Assembly: GCA_964016885.1 (NCBI GenBank)
Contig: OZ024741.1
Location: 215,202,001-215,266,000 of the forward strand
DNA from: Eledone cirrhosa
Taxonomy: Eukaryota
DNA: 64,000 nucleotides
Direction: 5' to 3'
Shown here: positions 15,003-27,908 of the stretch, piece by piece
Layout: every line of letters begins with the position of its first letter
Position numbering within the stretch: the first letter of the stretch is position 1
The notes under the pieces: generated by a model
Seen by the model: only the letters and a program-made list of their open reading frames with translations
Told to the model about the DNA's origin: nothing
Databases searched by the model: none
Made by a program: the position numbers and the translations under genes

Positions 15003-15272
15003 ATATATATGTATATATATGCCATATATATTTTTATATATATATATATATGTATGCATGTATATACGTATGTATCCATGAGTACATACATACATATATA
15101 CCCACATAATACTTATATGCCATATTTATATACACATATAACTTATGAACCCGTTACTGTTTCTGGTGGTGCAAATTGGAAATGTACTTGTCAATTTAAA
15201 ATCGGAAAATGAATTTATGTGCGTAAATGTGACGTGATATATATACATATACATACATACATCCATACATAT

Positions 15273-15303
<31 letters not shown>

Positions 15304-15304
15304 G

Positions 15305-15394
<90 letters not shown>

Positions 15395-16144
15395 GCGTGT
15401 GTGTGTGTGTGCCTGTATGTATGTACAACTGCGAGTTCCTGAAATAAAATCTATATAAATATTAATCTTTCGTGCCTTTACGAAGTTGTTTTCAATCTAA
15501 ATGTAAATTTAACGTATATATATCTATAGGTGCGTGCGATATTCTACATTTAGAACTACATGGCCACGTGACCACGTGTCCGCTGGTCTCAGTGCTTGCA
15601 TGTTTTCATTTGTGTGTATTTGTATAGTATGTCTGTGTGTGTATACGCGTATGTGTGCTTGTGTTTGTTTTTGTGTGTCTGTGAATCTCTATGTGTGTCA
15701 TAAGGTGGTAAAGAATTGATGACCTTTCCTGTTTATAATTATATATAGTGTATATATAAGTATAAATATTATTATTATTATGTGGATTGACGGTGGATTG
15801 GCAGTATCAGTAGAGGGTCGGACGCCATGCTTTGACGTATAGAGTTACGGCCCTTGACTTTCTGAGTTCAAATTCCGCCTAATAATAATTATTATCTTAT
15901 GTTGTTTATTACATAACTATATATATATATATACAAATATATTACACAGAGAGAAGTGTGCTACTTGTTCTCTCTGTGTATTCGAGCTCAGTTGAAAATT
16001 CTCTGTTCTTCTTTGAGCTAATATTATTATTACTGTGATCTGCGGAATATTTTAATTCCGATCTTTGTATATATATATATTTCGTTTCTGAATTTGTTTA
16101 GCAAGATTCTTTATCTGAAATCGTGTGTTGAAACCGATATTGGA

Positions 16145-16346
16145 ATCCCCAGTCACTGAAGAGGTCACAGAGTGTGTGACGAAAGAACTATGACAATATA
16201 TAAACAACTATCTGGTTGTGGAACCAGCCAACCAGCCAGAAATTTATAAATTTATAAATGTATTATAAATTTATTATAATAATAAATTGTAGTGAAAGCA
16301 ACTGGTGCGTGTGTTTCTTATTGGCAACATGACCCTCCCAAAGTAT

Positions 16347-16350
<4 letters not shown>
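16145..16350 (+). mobile_element. Solo PLE terminal repeat with minimal hammerhead (16152-16194)
   Basis: GTCA-CTGAAGA-G-GTCACA..TGTGAC-GAAA-GAAC-TA-TGAC; closely matches 45618-45822; followed by (TA)n. Confidence 0.8.
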
Positions 16351-16391
<41 letters not shown>

Positions 16392-17038
16392 AAGAGTGAA
16401 GAATAACAAGGTCGGCTGTACAAAAAGTCTTTTATTAACAATTGTTTCATTGATCAGGTGAGTCTAAAGGCCGCTAATCACTCGACCTTAAATATAGTGT
16501 GTCTCTGATCAAATCCCATATATATGTATATGTGTGAGTGTGTGTGTCTTCTCTTTGCTATTTTTCTTCAGTTTATCAATACTGATGTGACGAATGTGTT
16601 ATCCTTTCTCGCCACAATTTATTGCAATGGCTTACATTTTTAATACATCTTTCTTTCACCGTCTTGCTTTTTTTTTCCTTTCTTTCTTCTATTTTGTTTT
16701 GTTTCATTCATGACTCGTACTATATGAATCACCACAGGTTTCCCTGAACGCATATAAAATTCTATGTGAAACTTGTGGTTGCTTAATTGTTATCAATGTA
16801 TGTTTTATCTCTCTCCTCTTACGCCACTATTCAGCGTTTAGCTTGTGTTAGACACTATGATCCCGGGTCGGCCAGCGGTACCTTTGGTAGGAGTCGAAAC
16901 TGCCAAAGTCCACTTCAACGGCCGATGACCATGGAGCTCTGTGTCCTTCGTTTTTATTTAAAAAAAATAATTTTACAAGGTTTCCCCTAAAAAAATTGTT
17001 TTTCTTTCGTTGTCTTGTCCTCTGTTATTTTTCTTAAG

Positions 17039-17157
<119 letters not shown>

Positions 17158-17159
17158 GT

Positions 17160-17662
17160 GGAGAAAAAACCGTTAAAACATGTTTATTTAAAATAGCACC
17201 TACGTAAGTTTCGCCCGAATGGGCTTCTCAAGGGCATAAACAACTAAAAAGCGTTCCTTACATGACCAGGAATGGGTTTTTAGAGACAAGTTCACGTCAG
17301 AGTTCATTCTTCGTAAAGAAACATGCATTGAACTTGCAGTAGGTCAAGGGAGATAACTCTAGCCAGGGTTAGGGCAGTCTTTTCCGGACGAATTTGTTAC
17401 TACTATGTGGTTACTACCTTAGCCCTTGAGAAGCTCATTCGGGCGAAACGTACGTAGGTGCTATTTTAAATAAACATGTTTTAACGGTTTGTTCTCCTAT
17501 ATTTACTTCTCCACGTGCTTCCGCTCTGCTAATTCTCTCGCCCACTAGATATTAACACTTCTAATATTTAACACTGTATTGAGTCACTAGTATTGAGCAC
17601 CCTCTGCATACGCTATTGGCAAATAACTACGTGTATCGCATATCCCTCCTTCTCTCCTAAAT

Positions 17663-17670
<8 letters not shown>
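17160..17670 (+). mobile_element. PLE terminal repeat with inverted 5-prime arm and U3/A8 variant hammerhead (17420-17463)
   Basis: 17160-17236 is inverted at 17421-17497. TAGCCC-TTGAGAA-GCTC-ATTC-GGGC-GAAA-CGTACG-TA-GGTGCTA. Both flanks are (TA)n. Confidence 0.75.
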
Positions 17671-17704
<34 letters not shown>

Positions 17705-17706
<2 letters not shown>

Positions 17707-18110
17707 TTATGGTAGCTAGGATGCGTCCATAGGCGGTATGCCGGTGGAACACTCTATGCTCCTAAGGAGCAGAGTATTATAAAATGGAAAACTAAGAATC
17801 ATTGATGCATCGGAATTCAATTTATTACGTATTACAATTGTTTCCCCGGCGAACAGCTCGAGGTGCGATCTGTGTGTGGATCAAAACTAACTCTGGATTC
17901 GCAGGTTCCTGAGACACGTCTAGTGATTTTGGAGCAAATCATCTTTCTCCAGGGTTCTGACCTTACGAGTCTATATCATCCGCCTTCATCCTGTTTGCGC
18001 GTCCTTGGATTGGGCACTGGTTTGTGACGTCATCATAGTTCTGACCACTGACCATCGGGGCATGAGCTGTCAATCACCCCCAGTCCCATCCACAAAATTA
18101 CTGCTGTCTG
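17705..18110 (-). mobile_element. Diverged PLE 3-prime end related to the element at 35795-38740
   Basis: Shares ATGGTAGCTA..CCATAGGCG.TATGCC and TTACAATTGTTTC..GCAGGTTCCT..GACACG with 35799-36012. Confidence 0.6.
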
Positions 18111-18159
18111 TACCTATACTCACTCCCACACACAGGGACATGGACAGATACAGACAGAA

Positions 18160-20212
18160 TAGCATGCCCATATCTTGATTTAGTTGGTTACAAAAATCAG
18201 TTCAAACTACATCGACAAATTCATTTCTGCCGATCTACCTGATCCGTCGATTGACAAGGACCTCTTCCCTATAGTCACATCAAACAGATGCTATATATAA
18301 CAGAGCTCTGATCAATATTGAGGACAGAGTGGCTTCAATGGGCGGAGATGTCTTGGAGAAATAGGGCTTCCGCAAACACTTCGAGATGCACCATTTGACA
18401 TTCCCAACGACATTATACATGAAACGTCATATGATGTCGACGAACTCAAAAGGTATGTTGAAGAAAATGAACCAAAACTTCTAATGGATCAAAAACAAGC
18501 CTACAACATTGTCGTTGATTCCATACATAATAGGGGAGGAGGTAAATTCCTCCTAGACGCACATGGAGGCACGGGCAAATTATTTGTAAACAAACTTTTA
18601 CTCGCAGCAGTGAGGCAACACGGAAACATCGCATTGGCCGTGGCTTCTTTCGGCATTGCTGTCTGGTGGCAGGACGGCCCATTCTGCCTTCAGTCTTCCT
18701 CTCAACGTGTCAGTAAATCAAAATTATACTCAACGAGACACCCAGGTGCAACATCAGGGACTGTCAAGAACCAATGGGTTGTGTCACTTTCCTGTTATCT
18801 GGGGACTTCTGACAGACTGCCTGTAATCCCAAAAGGTACGCGGGATGGTGCATGTCTTAAGGCCTCTCCACTTTGGCGTTATGTAAGAAAGCTGACGCTT
18901 ACAACAAACATCAGAGCACATCTGCAAGGTGCTGAGACATCAGTGGGTTTTGCTGCTGCCATTTTGTTGTTGGGAGATGGCAAAGTCCCACTCGACGGAG
19001 ATGGTGCAGCTGACCTCACAGGGATTTGCAGATGCGTTAAGTCAATTGCTGAGTTACGGACGCCTGTTTTTCCTAATCTTGAGGAGAACTACACAAATCA
19101 AGAGTGGTTGTATGAACGTGCAATATTGGCTTCGAAAAACCACATAGTCATGCTCCTCAAGAATTTGGAACCCCGAAGGCTTTCCAACGGCACGCGTCTG
19201 GTCGTCCAAGAGGCGATGCCTCATGTTATTGAAGCAACAATACTTACAGGATGTGGTAAGGGGGATACTGTCTTCATACCAAGGATACCTCTCATTCCAT
19301 CCAGTAAAGAAATTCCTTTCACATTCAGAAGGCTGCAATTCCCTCTCTGGCTCAGTTTCGACATGTCGATTAACAAATCATAGGGTCAGACGCTGATGGT
19401 CGTAGGGCTTAATTTAGAAGAACCGTGCTTCTCCCATAGTCATCTAAATGTTGGCTGCTCTCGAGTGGGGAGCCGACATAACCTATTTGCTTTTGCAACT
19501 CGCGAGAAAACCCAAAATATAGTCTATAAGGAAGTTTTGTAGGCACCCCATCCGCCAACAAGTAATCTTTTTTTTTTGTATGAGTGCTTACATTTGCTGT
19601 AAACCGTGTGCTATTTTTGTCCTTTTGACAATATCACGTACGCCTCTGATGTTGCTTTTACTATACGTTATAAATACTCAATGTCTCCGTTTTCCGCATT
19701 TATATGTTGCTATTACGCTTTGCTATCGATATTCCGTCGATTTAACCTAATTAATCTACTTATCCCTGCATCTTATTTAACCCTTTTTTGACATTCCAGC
19801 GTGATCTTGCCAAGGCCGTTTTTGTGGCCACCGAATGTTACATGCTTTTCTAGGTTACAATTTCAAATAACAAGCAAAGCAAATACGACACACCAAAGTG
19901 GTGTGAAGGACTTCTTAAGGGCGACCACCTCTAATCGGAGTCGTCTTTGCTGACATCTCTTGCTGGGACTTTTAAGAGTGAGCGATCCAAGGTCCTCTTC
20001 AGGGCCACCAATTATCAATTGTTATCGCTGGATTCGTCTTTGATGGCAGCACCGTCGCTGAGATATTTCAAAGTGAACGTTCAAAGGCCCTCTTTAGGAC
20101 CAACACCTATAAATTGTTACATCTATAGTCGTGTTTAACGGAAGTATTTCGGTTCATTTGAACGACTACTCAATTGAGAGTTATACCGGGTAACGCCGGG
20201 TACCTCTGCTAG
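18160..20212 (+). mobile_element. Helitron, internally deleted RepHel pseudogene (Rep HUH fragment and PIF1-type helicase)
   Basis: HAHILI..IDKFISADLPDPSID (Rep). FLLDAHGGTGK, LPVIPKGT, MLLKNLEPRRLSNGTRLVV, FIPRIPLIPS, RRLQFPL..MSINKS*GQTL (helicase). Terminal CCGGGTAACGCCGGG then CTAG|T at 20209-20213. Confidence 0.92.
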
Positions 20213-20238
20213 TATATATATATATATATATATATATA

Positions 20239-20429
20239 CTAGCTGAGGTACCCGTCGTCACATGGTACCATGGCCCCAGCACTATGTGTCAATAATTGTC
20301 ACAAGTGTAGTATTTGTACCAGAGTTTTCAAGTCACTGGCTGAACTAAAAAGTCACACTCATTCAGTGCATCGGTAGGGGTTCTCCTACATGGATATAAA
20401 GTAGTGGCCGTACTCGAAAACCAGTTGGC

Positions 20430-20466
<37 letters not shown>

Positions 20467-20645
20467 TATGCCAACTCGTTTTCGAGTACGGCCACTACTT
20501 TATATCCATGTAGGGGAACCCCTACCGATGCGCTGAACGAGTGTGACTTTTTAGTCCAGCCATCGACTTGAAAACTCTGGTACAAACACTACACTTGTGA
20601 CAATTATTGACACATAGCGCTGGGGCCATGGTACCATGTGACGAC
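20239..20645. repeat. Inverted duplication (~175-bp arms around a TA tract) beginning with a minus-strand Helitron-type 3-prime end
   Basis: 20254-20430 is inverted at 20469-20645. CTAGCTGAGGTACCCGTCGT resembles the reverse complement of the Helitron end at 20195-20212. Confidence 0.7.
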
Positions 20646-20789
20646 AAGTGCAGAGAGATCTCCAGATATAAAGCAATGCATGTGACGTGAAGCTTTTATA
20701 GTGAGCAAAGGCACTGCAAAAAGCCAGTCTCACTCTCTTAACCAAGATGATATTTACCAAAAATAAGAACAAGTCAACATCATTGGATA

Positions 20790-21070
20790 CCATCAGGGTT
20801 GCAAGTATTATATCAGAGTTTTCCTTCTCCTAGAATTCTGCCTTGATAAAGGCTAAGGGGTCATCTCTTCCGGTGATCTTGGATGGCCATTGACTCTTAA
20901 GAGCTCCTTTGCCTTTTGGCAGGTTTTGTTTTTAGTCCTGCAGGATGTCCAAAGTCACCCTCCTCACCAAGAAACCTTGGTGGGTTTGCCAGTTTAGTCG
21001 CCAACGACCCGACCATGAGACAGGTTGTACTGGGATACATGTTACCAGTAGCACCAACTGGTGACCTGAC
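20790..21070 (-). mobile_element. RTE-clade LINE 5-prime UTR fragment
   Basis: Minus strand contains TCTAGGAGAAGGAAAACTCTGA, a motif typical of RTE leaders; GC-rich and structured; abuts a TA/(ATGT)n tract. Confidence 0.5.
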
Positions 21071-21488
21071 ATATATATATACACATACATATATATATAC
21101 ATACATACATACATACATACATACATACATACATACATACATACATACATACATACATACATACATACAAACGTACATACATATATACATACATACTTCC
21201 TACAACACAAACGAACCTAATATCAGTTTTCAGAGAGATGGCGAAAGGAACAGGCCACGTTTCTACCCCCTGCTCGCTCTTCTCTAGCTTTCTATTTCTT
21301 CCTTAATTTTTCATACTAGTTTTTGATGCAGGACTAGCGTCCGAAACGTTAAGACTTTTCCAACTACATTAAGTATGAAATATATATGTACATTGTACTT
21401 CATCGGCTGTTGTGCACTTTCCGTTTGATGTTTGCACACATACATATACACATACAAAAACACACATACATTGATATACACACACACG

Positions 21489-21644
<156 letters not shown>

Positions 21645-22218
21645 CATTATATGTATATATTGTGCACATGTCGTGTGGGTCTGTGTATGTTGGTGTATGA
21701 GCACGAGTGTAAGTGTGTAAGTGTGTACGTATGTCTGCATTTATTTATGCGTGTGTATGTTTAGTAGTAACAATGACACCACATACAGTTCAATATTACT
21801 GGTAGATGAGTTGGTGAGAACAAAAACTGATAGCAAAAACCCAGACAGAGTTATGTAAAAGACTGTGAAACTATAAATTCATATACAAAATTATACTTCA
21901 CCATTTATATTTGGCCTTTTCCAATGCAGAAGTCTGAACCAATTTAATCTATATAATAATGATGTCAATAGATTTTCTGTCCGTCTGTCGTACGTCCATT
22001 ACGTTCTAACAAAAATGTTCTGAAAATTATTCTTTAGAATTCCTGGAACACAAGTGTCAGATAAAAAAAAAAAGATAAGGTGGTTGTGACTGAGGAGGCG
22101 CAAGTGGCCAAGGGATGGAGTTGGTGGAGGTATCAGAAGGATTAACGTTCTAAAATTGTTACCAGAAAAGAGATTTCTTTCAAGTTTGCTCCCTAGATTT
22201 CTCTCTCTCGTTCTCCTC

Positions 22219-22260
<42 letters not shown>

Positions 22261-22267
<7 letters not shown>

Positions 22268-22695
22268 TAAACGGAATAGAAAATGCTGACAAATTGTTCA
22301 CAGTTGAAAAATGGTTTAATTAGGAATAAAAGAGTATTAGTGATTGTATGGGTTAGTATTCAGTTGTGGTTTTAAGTTTTTAAGTTTTTACCGGTTGCGC
22401 ATTTCTAAATGCTTTTCAAAAATAATTTTGAGATAGAGTGTCCGTGCTGTTTGCTCTGATCAGATCAGAGCAAACAGCACGGACACTCTATCTCAAAATT
22501 ATTTTTGAAAAGCATTTAGAAATGCGCAACCGGTAAAAACTTAAAAACTTAAAACCACAACTGAATACTAACCCATACAATCACTAATACTCTTTTATTC
22601 CTAATTAAACCATTTTTCAACTGTGAACAATTTGTCAGCATTTTCTATTCCGTTTACCAATATATAATAACTTGTGTGTTACACCTCTATTCTTT

Positions 22696-22710
<15 letters not shown>
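22261..22710. mobile_element. Perfect ~400-bp palindrome of a PLE-type terminal repeat (axis 22462)
   Basis: 22261-22461 is the reverse complement of 22463-22663. Same family at 32508-32712 and 48220-48530. Variant hammerhead-like motif 22502-22538. Confidence 0.8.
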
Positions 22711-22732
<22 letters not shown>

Positions 22733-22734
<2 letters not shown>

Positions 22735-22912
22735 CGAAGGAAATGTGGTAAGGAACCAGGTGGACCATAACGCACCAAAGTACTCAATACTTAGTGTAGT
22801 AGAGTGGGTAATAGGAACAAGTAAGACCCCGACGGCTGAGCTCAAGCCGTTTCGACGGCTAATTCTCGTCGAAACGGCTTGAGCTCAGCCGTCGGGGTCT
22901 TACTTGTTCCTA
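22733..22912. mobile_element. Fold-back PLE 3-prime end carrying half a hammerhead (GAAA, stem III, GTC)
   Basis: ATAGGAACAAGTAAGACCCCGACGGCTGAGCTCAAGCCGTTTCGACG is inverted across ~22862. Same family at 23375-23530, 35138-35198, 57574-57757, 62876-62970. Confidence 0.7.
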
Positions 22913-22932
22913 TATATATATATATATATATA

Positions 22933-23251
22933 CATCATCATCCTTCGACACCCCTGTGGGCAGTCGAAACACCCTTGACAATTCCTTTCCACACTGTTCG
23001 GTCCTGCATTGCTGTCCCTAGATCCCTTATGTCCAACCCTGAGTCGCGAGCTATGGTGTCAGGGAAAGTCAGTTTTCGTGTATAGACACATCCAGAGGGA
23101 TGCCACAGAAGGAAAGATGAAATGATTTTTTTGTCGGCTCGATGACAGTCACCAGCAAACTAGTCTTTTTTGCTTGAGTCTGGGGGATATTGGAATCAAA
23201 TCTCCGCAGATGGTTTCAAGTATTGCATGTGATCTCCAGCTTATGTTTCTG

Positions 23252-23252
<1 letters not shown>
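22933..23252 (-). mobile_element. RTE-type LINE 3-prime end
   Basis: [24 protein letters not shown] then, after a frameshift, LLWHPSG..RKLTFPDTIARDSGLDIRDLGTAMQDRTVW; (ATG)n tail. Confidence 0.75.
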
Positions 23253-23284
<32 letters not shown>

Positions 23285-23287
23285 CAT

Positions 23288-23379
<92 letters not shown>

Positions 23380-23787
23380 AAGGGTGTCGTAAAATACCAG
23401 GTGTACCATAACCCACCGGAATAGTCGATACTTAGGGTACAAGAGTGGGTAATATGAAAAGATTCAGTTCGAATTTAGCTATCGAAACGGCCGGAGCTCA
23501 GCTGTCGCAGTCCTGAATCTTTTCATATATCTATATGTCTCTCTATGTATATGCAATGGGGAAACAGAAGTAACAAAGCAAACGACACAGCACAACGAAG
23601 AAATACATTATTAGTTTTATGCTTGATATAGTAGGAAAAGAGTCACACGTCCATTACTTGATGTAGGGCTAGCGCCCGAAACGCTATGATTCTTTTTCGA
23701 CTATATCAAGCGTAAAACTAATATATTTCTCCGTTGTACTGCGTCCTTTGCTTTGTTATTTCTGTTTGCCTTTTGTATCTCTCTCTC

Positions 23788-23864
<77 letters not shown>

Positions 23865-24719
23865 TACGTGTATATTATATATGTGTGTATGCTGTATGTG
23901 TGTGTTACATGAGCTTTATATATGTGTGTGTGTTACGTGGATATCATATATGAGTGTATGTTATATGTGTGTGTAACTTATATCTCCTCCTATACCATCC
24001 AAATCCTTATTGTAACATTTTAACCACCTCATCTCAAGCTAGCCACAATTAGAACTAGCAACATGGACTTAAACTATAATAAAGGAAGGCTGCGGGACTG
24101 CGTACGGTTTATTTCTTTAATCCAGTTAGTACAATAAGTTAGATTACTTTCAATAAATAAGGAATGAATATTACATAATTTACATGCTAAATTTCGTAAA
24201 CAAATAATTTCATAAAAATAAATAATTTAAAATTGACTTCTTTTTAAAGTTGCATTTCCGGTATATCGTCGCCACCACCATCACCACTTCAATTACCATA
24301 TATATAGAAAGAGAGAGTGTGTGATGAGAGAGATACAGAGATTATGATTTTCTACACGCTGACGCGTATGAGTGTGTTCATACATACATCTATATCTATG
24401 AGTATATGTATGAGTATATAACTATTATCAGTATATAACTTTGATCGCGCAAACACAAACTACACGGATATACATTCACACAAATACACATACGTTCACA
24501 CAAATATACATACTTTCACACAAATATACATACATTCACACATACTTTCACACAAACATACATACATTCACACATACTTTCACACAAATATACATACATT
24601 CACACATACTTTCACACAAATATACATACATTCACACATACATATACATTTACACAAACACACACATAAAGTCATGATAGCGTTCGGTGAAGTGGAAATG
24701 GGAGGGTAAAACAAGTATA

Positions 24720-25470
24720 ACGACTTAATTATTTATTAACTCTTTTTTTAAAACTCATTTAATATAATGGTTACAGAACGAAAACACTAACAAATATAAT
24801 ATATACAAAGGAAAGGGAAAGGAAAAAAAGAAAGAGAAATAATACACAAGCAGGTAATACACACATCTTAGGCCACATCAACAAAAGGCAGGCGAAAGAG
24901 TGGAAATGAGACGCTACCAGAGCAAAAGATAGCAATATAGCGAGGATCACTGGGAAAACTCTCTAATAATTTTTGAGGCAATCCAGCACATTCGCAGCGT
25001 TACCTGGGGTGATGGCGAGGCTGAGGTTCTGGAACAACCAAGTGCCCTCACGAGCATCACCAGTTACCTCTGTTAGGCGAGCCGCCAGTGAAGTTAAGAA
25101 CCTCGCGGTCAGTAGTCCGACTCCCTCAAACGTCTCGAACGCCACGGGCTGGATAATGTAGTTAGCTGACAGAACACGGTATTTTAGGATTTTGTTCCGT
25201 TCAGCTGCGGATGCTGTCGCTCTTGCTCTTACCAGTGCATCCAGAATGTGGGAAGAAACAAAAGAGTATCTAACTGTGACGTCCCAGGTAAGGCACCTGC
25301 CTCTTGACCAGGAGCACAGAGTAAACCGTCAAGTCTTTTCCCATCAATTCAGGACAACCCAGACGGTTCCAAAATTGAGGGCATGTTTGCTGAGGCCAAA
25401 GCTCTTGAATGGTAATAGGACAATGTGTGTCTGTAGACGCGTGAGTTTGTCGGCGTTCTTAAATTAGACA
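24720..25470 (-). mobile_element. CRE-clade non-LTR retrotransposon 3-prime end (restriction-like endonuclease)
   Basis: RALASANMPSILEPSGLS*IDGKRLDG, PWSRGRCLTWDVTV, AAERNKILKY, PVAFETFEGVG, WLFQNLSLAITPGNAANVL; 5-prime side abuts (TG)n. Confidence 0.85.
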
Positions 25471-25582
<112 letters not shown>

Positions 25583-25674
25583 ACTCTTTTTTAGTTAGAG
25601 ACAAATATGTGTGTATCCCTTTCCTTCCTTTTACACACACATACACATTGTGTGATGGACGGGTGGACAGAAGT

Positions 25675-26318
25675 CTCTAAAATTTATATACATGTGAATG
25701 GAGCTCTTCTGAAGCAGTTAGAGAAGTTCAAGTATCTTGGAGCCGTGTTCATGAGTGATGGAATGCAGGAGGCTGAATTAAGTGCAAGAATTGCAAAGGT
25801 TGATGCAGTAAAGCGCCAGCCTCAGCAATCAGATGAAGGGGGGTAGGTGTAAAAGCCAAACTCGCTGTCTTCCTGGTATTCCTGCCAACTCTTACCGAGG
25901 ATCATGAATCTTGAGTAATGACCAAAAGAATACAATTGCAAATAAAAGCGGCAGAAATGGGATTCCTCCGAAGGGTCTTTGGAGTAACGTTACTCGATAA
26001 AGTGCATAGCTCAGAGACGAGAGGGTCACTCCTAGTAGAGCTGCTACTTCTCCAAATTGAGAGATCACAACTCCGATACTATGAGCATGTGGTTAGAATG
26101 TCTCTGGACACATTTTACAGGCAAAACCAACCGGCAAGAGATCCAGAGGTAGACCATGAGCAAGATAGTGGATAACATCCATGAGCTTGGCTGGTCACGC
26201 TTTGGGATCCAGCTGGATCAGTTAGAGATGTTTGCTACTGACAGACTCGCTGGAAGGAGTGTTTGAGAAGGACTCTGTCTCCACGTCCCTCTCAGAAATA
26301 AATTGGTGAAGAAGAAGA
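25675..26318 (+). mobile_element. RTE-clade LINE 3-prime fragment
   Basis: LKQLEKFKYLGAVFMSDG, IKAAEMGFLRRVFGVTLLDKV, IERSQLRYYEHVVRM; (GAA)n tail. Confidence 0.9.
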
Positions 26319-26461
26319 TATTGTCAATTTACTTTTCAATTTATATATATCTATATTCATATATTGAAACAAAATGAAAACGAAATTTCATTTCTCACTC
26401 TTAGTATGGCACTTACTTATACGTGCATATATGTATGTGTACCTGTATGCATATGTATGTA

Positions 26462-26533
<72 letters not shown>

Positions 26534-26770
26534 CATGCTACTGTACGTCTGTATACATATATGTATGTACGTATACATGCATACTTACATTTAAGTAAGT
26601 GCCATACTAAGAGTGAGAAATGAAATTTCGTTTTCATTTTGTTTCAATTTATCGTTTTCGGTATGCCTGACCGATTTAACTCACTCAATATGCAAATTAG
26701 GCTGCTCAGCCGTTAATTTTCATAAGGAAAGTATATACTTTCGAACGTTCAACTATCTGGCAGATGGGTA

Positions 26771-26815
26771 AACGGTGCTGATGATAGCTAACAAGCTTGA
26801 AACTAGTACATCGTT
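26771..26815 (+). ncRNA. Intact type I hammerhead ribozyme (copy 1)
   Basis: AACGGTG-CTGATGA-T-AGCT-AACA-AGCT-T-GAAA-CTAG-TA-CATCGTT; predicted cleavage after 26808 (GUA). Confidence 0.9.
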
Positions 26816-27238
26816 CCTGTGCCAGTGTTGAACAAAAAGGTGACGTGGTTGCCTTAACACCGTATGGCATAAATTCAGGCTGTTCAGTTTGTTTACAAAC
26901 GAACAAAGCGACGTTATAATAAGCGCCGCTAAACTGATACGTGCATATATGTATGTGTACCTGTATGCATATGTATGTATATATGTATATATATATATGT
27001 GCATGCTACTGTACGCCTGTATACATATATGTATGTACGTATACATGCATACTTACATTTAAGTAAGTGCCATACTAAGAGTGAGAAATGAAATTTCGTT
27101 TTCATTTTGTTTCAATTTATCGTTTTCGGTATGCCTGACCGATTTAACTCACTCAATATGCAAATTAGGCTGCTCAGCCGTTAATTTTCATAAGGAAAGT
27201 ATATACTTTCGAACGTTCAACTATCTGGCAGATGGGTA

Positions 27239-27283
27239 AACGGTGCTGATGATAGCTAACAAGCTTGAAACTAGTACATCGTT
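27239..27283 (+). ncRNA. Intact type I hammerhead ribozyme (copy 2)
   Basis: Identical to copy 1; predicted cleavage after 27276. Confidence 0.9.
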
Positions 27284-27712
27284 CCTGTGTCAGTGTTGAA
27301 CAAAAAAGGTGACGTGGTTGCCTTAACACCGTATGGCATAAATTCAGGCTGTTCAGTTTGTTTACAAACGAACAAAGCGACGTTATAATAAGCGCCGCTA
27401 AACTGATACGTGCATATATGTATGTGTACCTGTATGCATATGTATGTATATATGTATATATATATATATATATGTGCATGCTACTGTACGTCTGTATACA
27501 TATATGTATGTACGTATACATGCATACTTACATTTATATTCATATATATTTGCGTATAATACCAATACACTACATATGCTAGCTGAAAACCGCCCGGGGG
27601 CGGTAACTTATAATGAAGTAACTTATAATTTCTCCTATAATATCTCCTATAATTTCTGATTCTATGGTGAAATTCTGTAACCACTCTCAGCACATCTTAA
27701 AAAAAAAAGGAT

Positions 27713-27908
27713 CGATCGACTTTCGTCAAATCAGACCGAGGAAATATTGTTTCCGTTGGTCTTTCCAGTTGTCAGTACTATCTGTCGGTCGCAACTCCAG
27801 GTAGACGGAGCTACGTGACATAAAGTGTCTTGCTCAAGGACATAACGCATCGCCCGGTCCAGGAATCGAACTCACATTTGCGAATTCAATTATATAACCA
27901 CTCGGTCA
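27713..27908 (-). mobile_element. tRNA-derived SINE, family A
   Basis: Aligns with 4651-4863. Confidence 0.8.

Larger units (their letters stand above)
26341..27535 (+). mobile_element. Tandem non-coding ~468-bp repeat with hammerheads (retrozyme-like / non-autonomous PLE) and a short inverted 5-prime arm
   Basis: Units start at ~26419, ~26937 and ~27406. 26363-26418 is inverted at ~26594-26649. Two identical HHRs. Confidence 0.85.

Noticed and set aside
14272-15140. Local duplications of interrupted TA tracts (also 42540-42760 and the CAAAG-punctuated tract 53390-53560)
   Set aside because: Explained by slippage or assembly collapse/expansion in microsatellites
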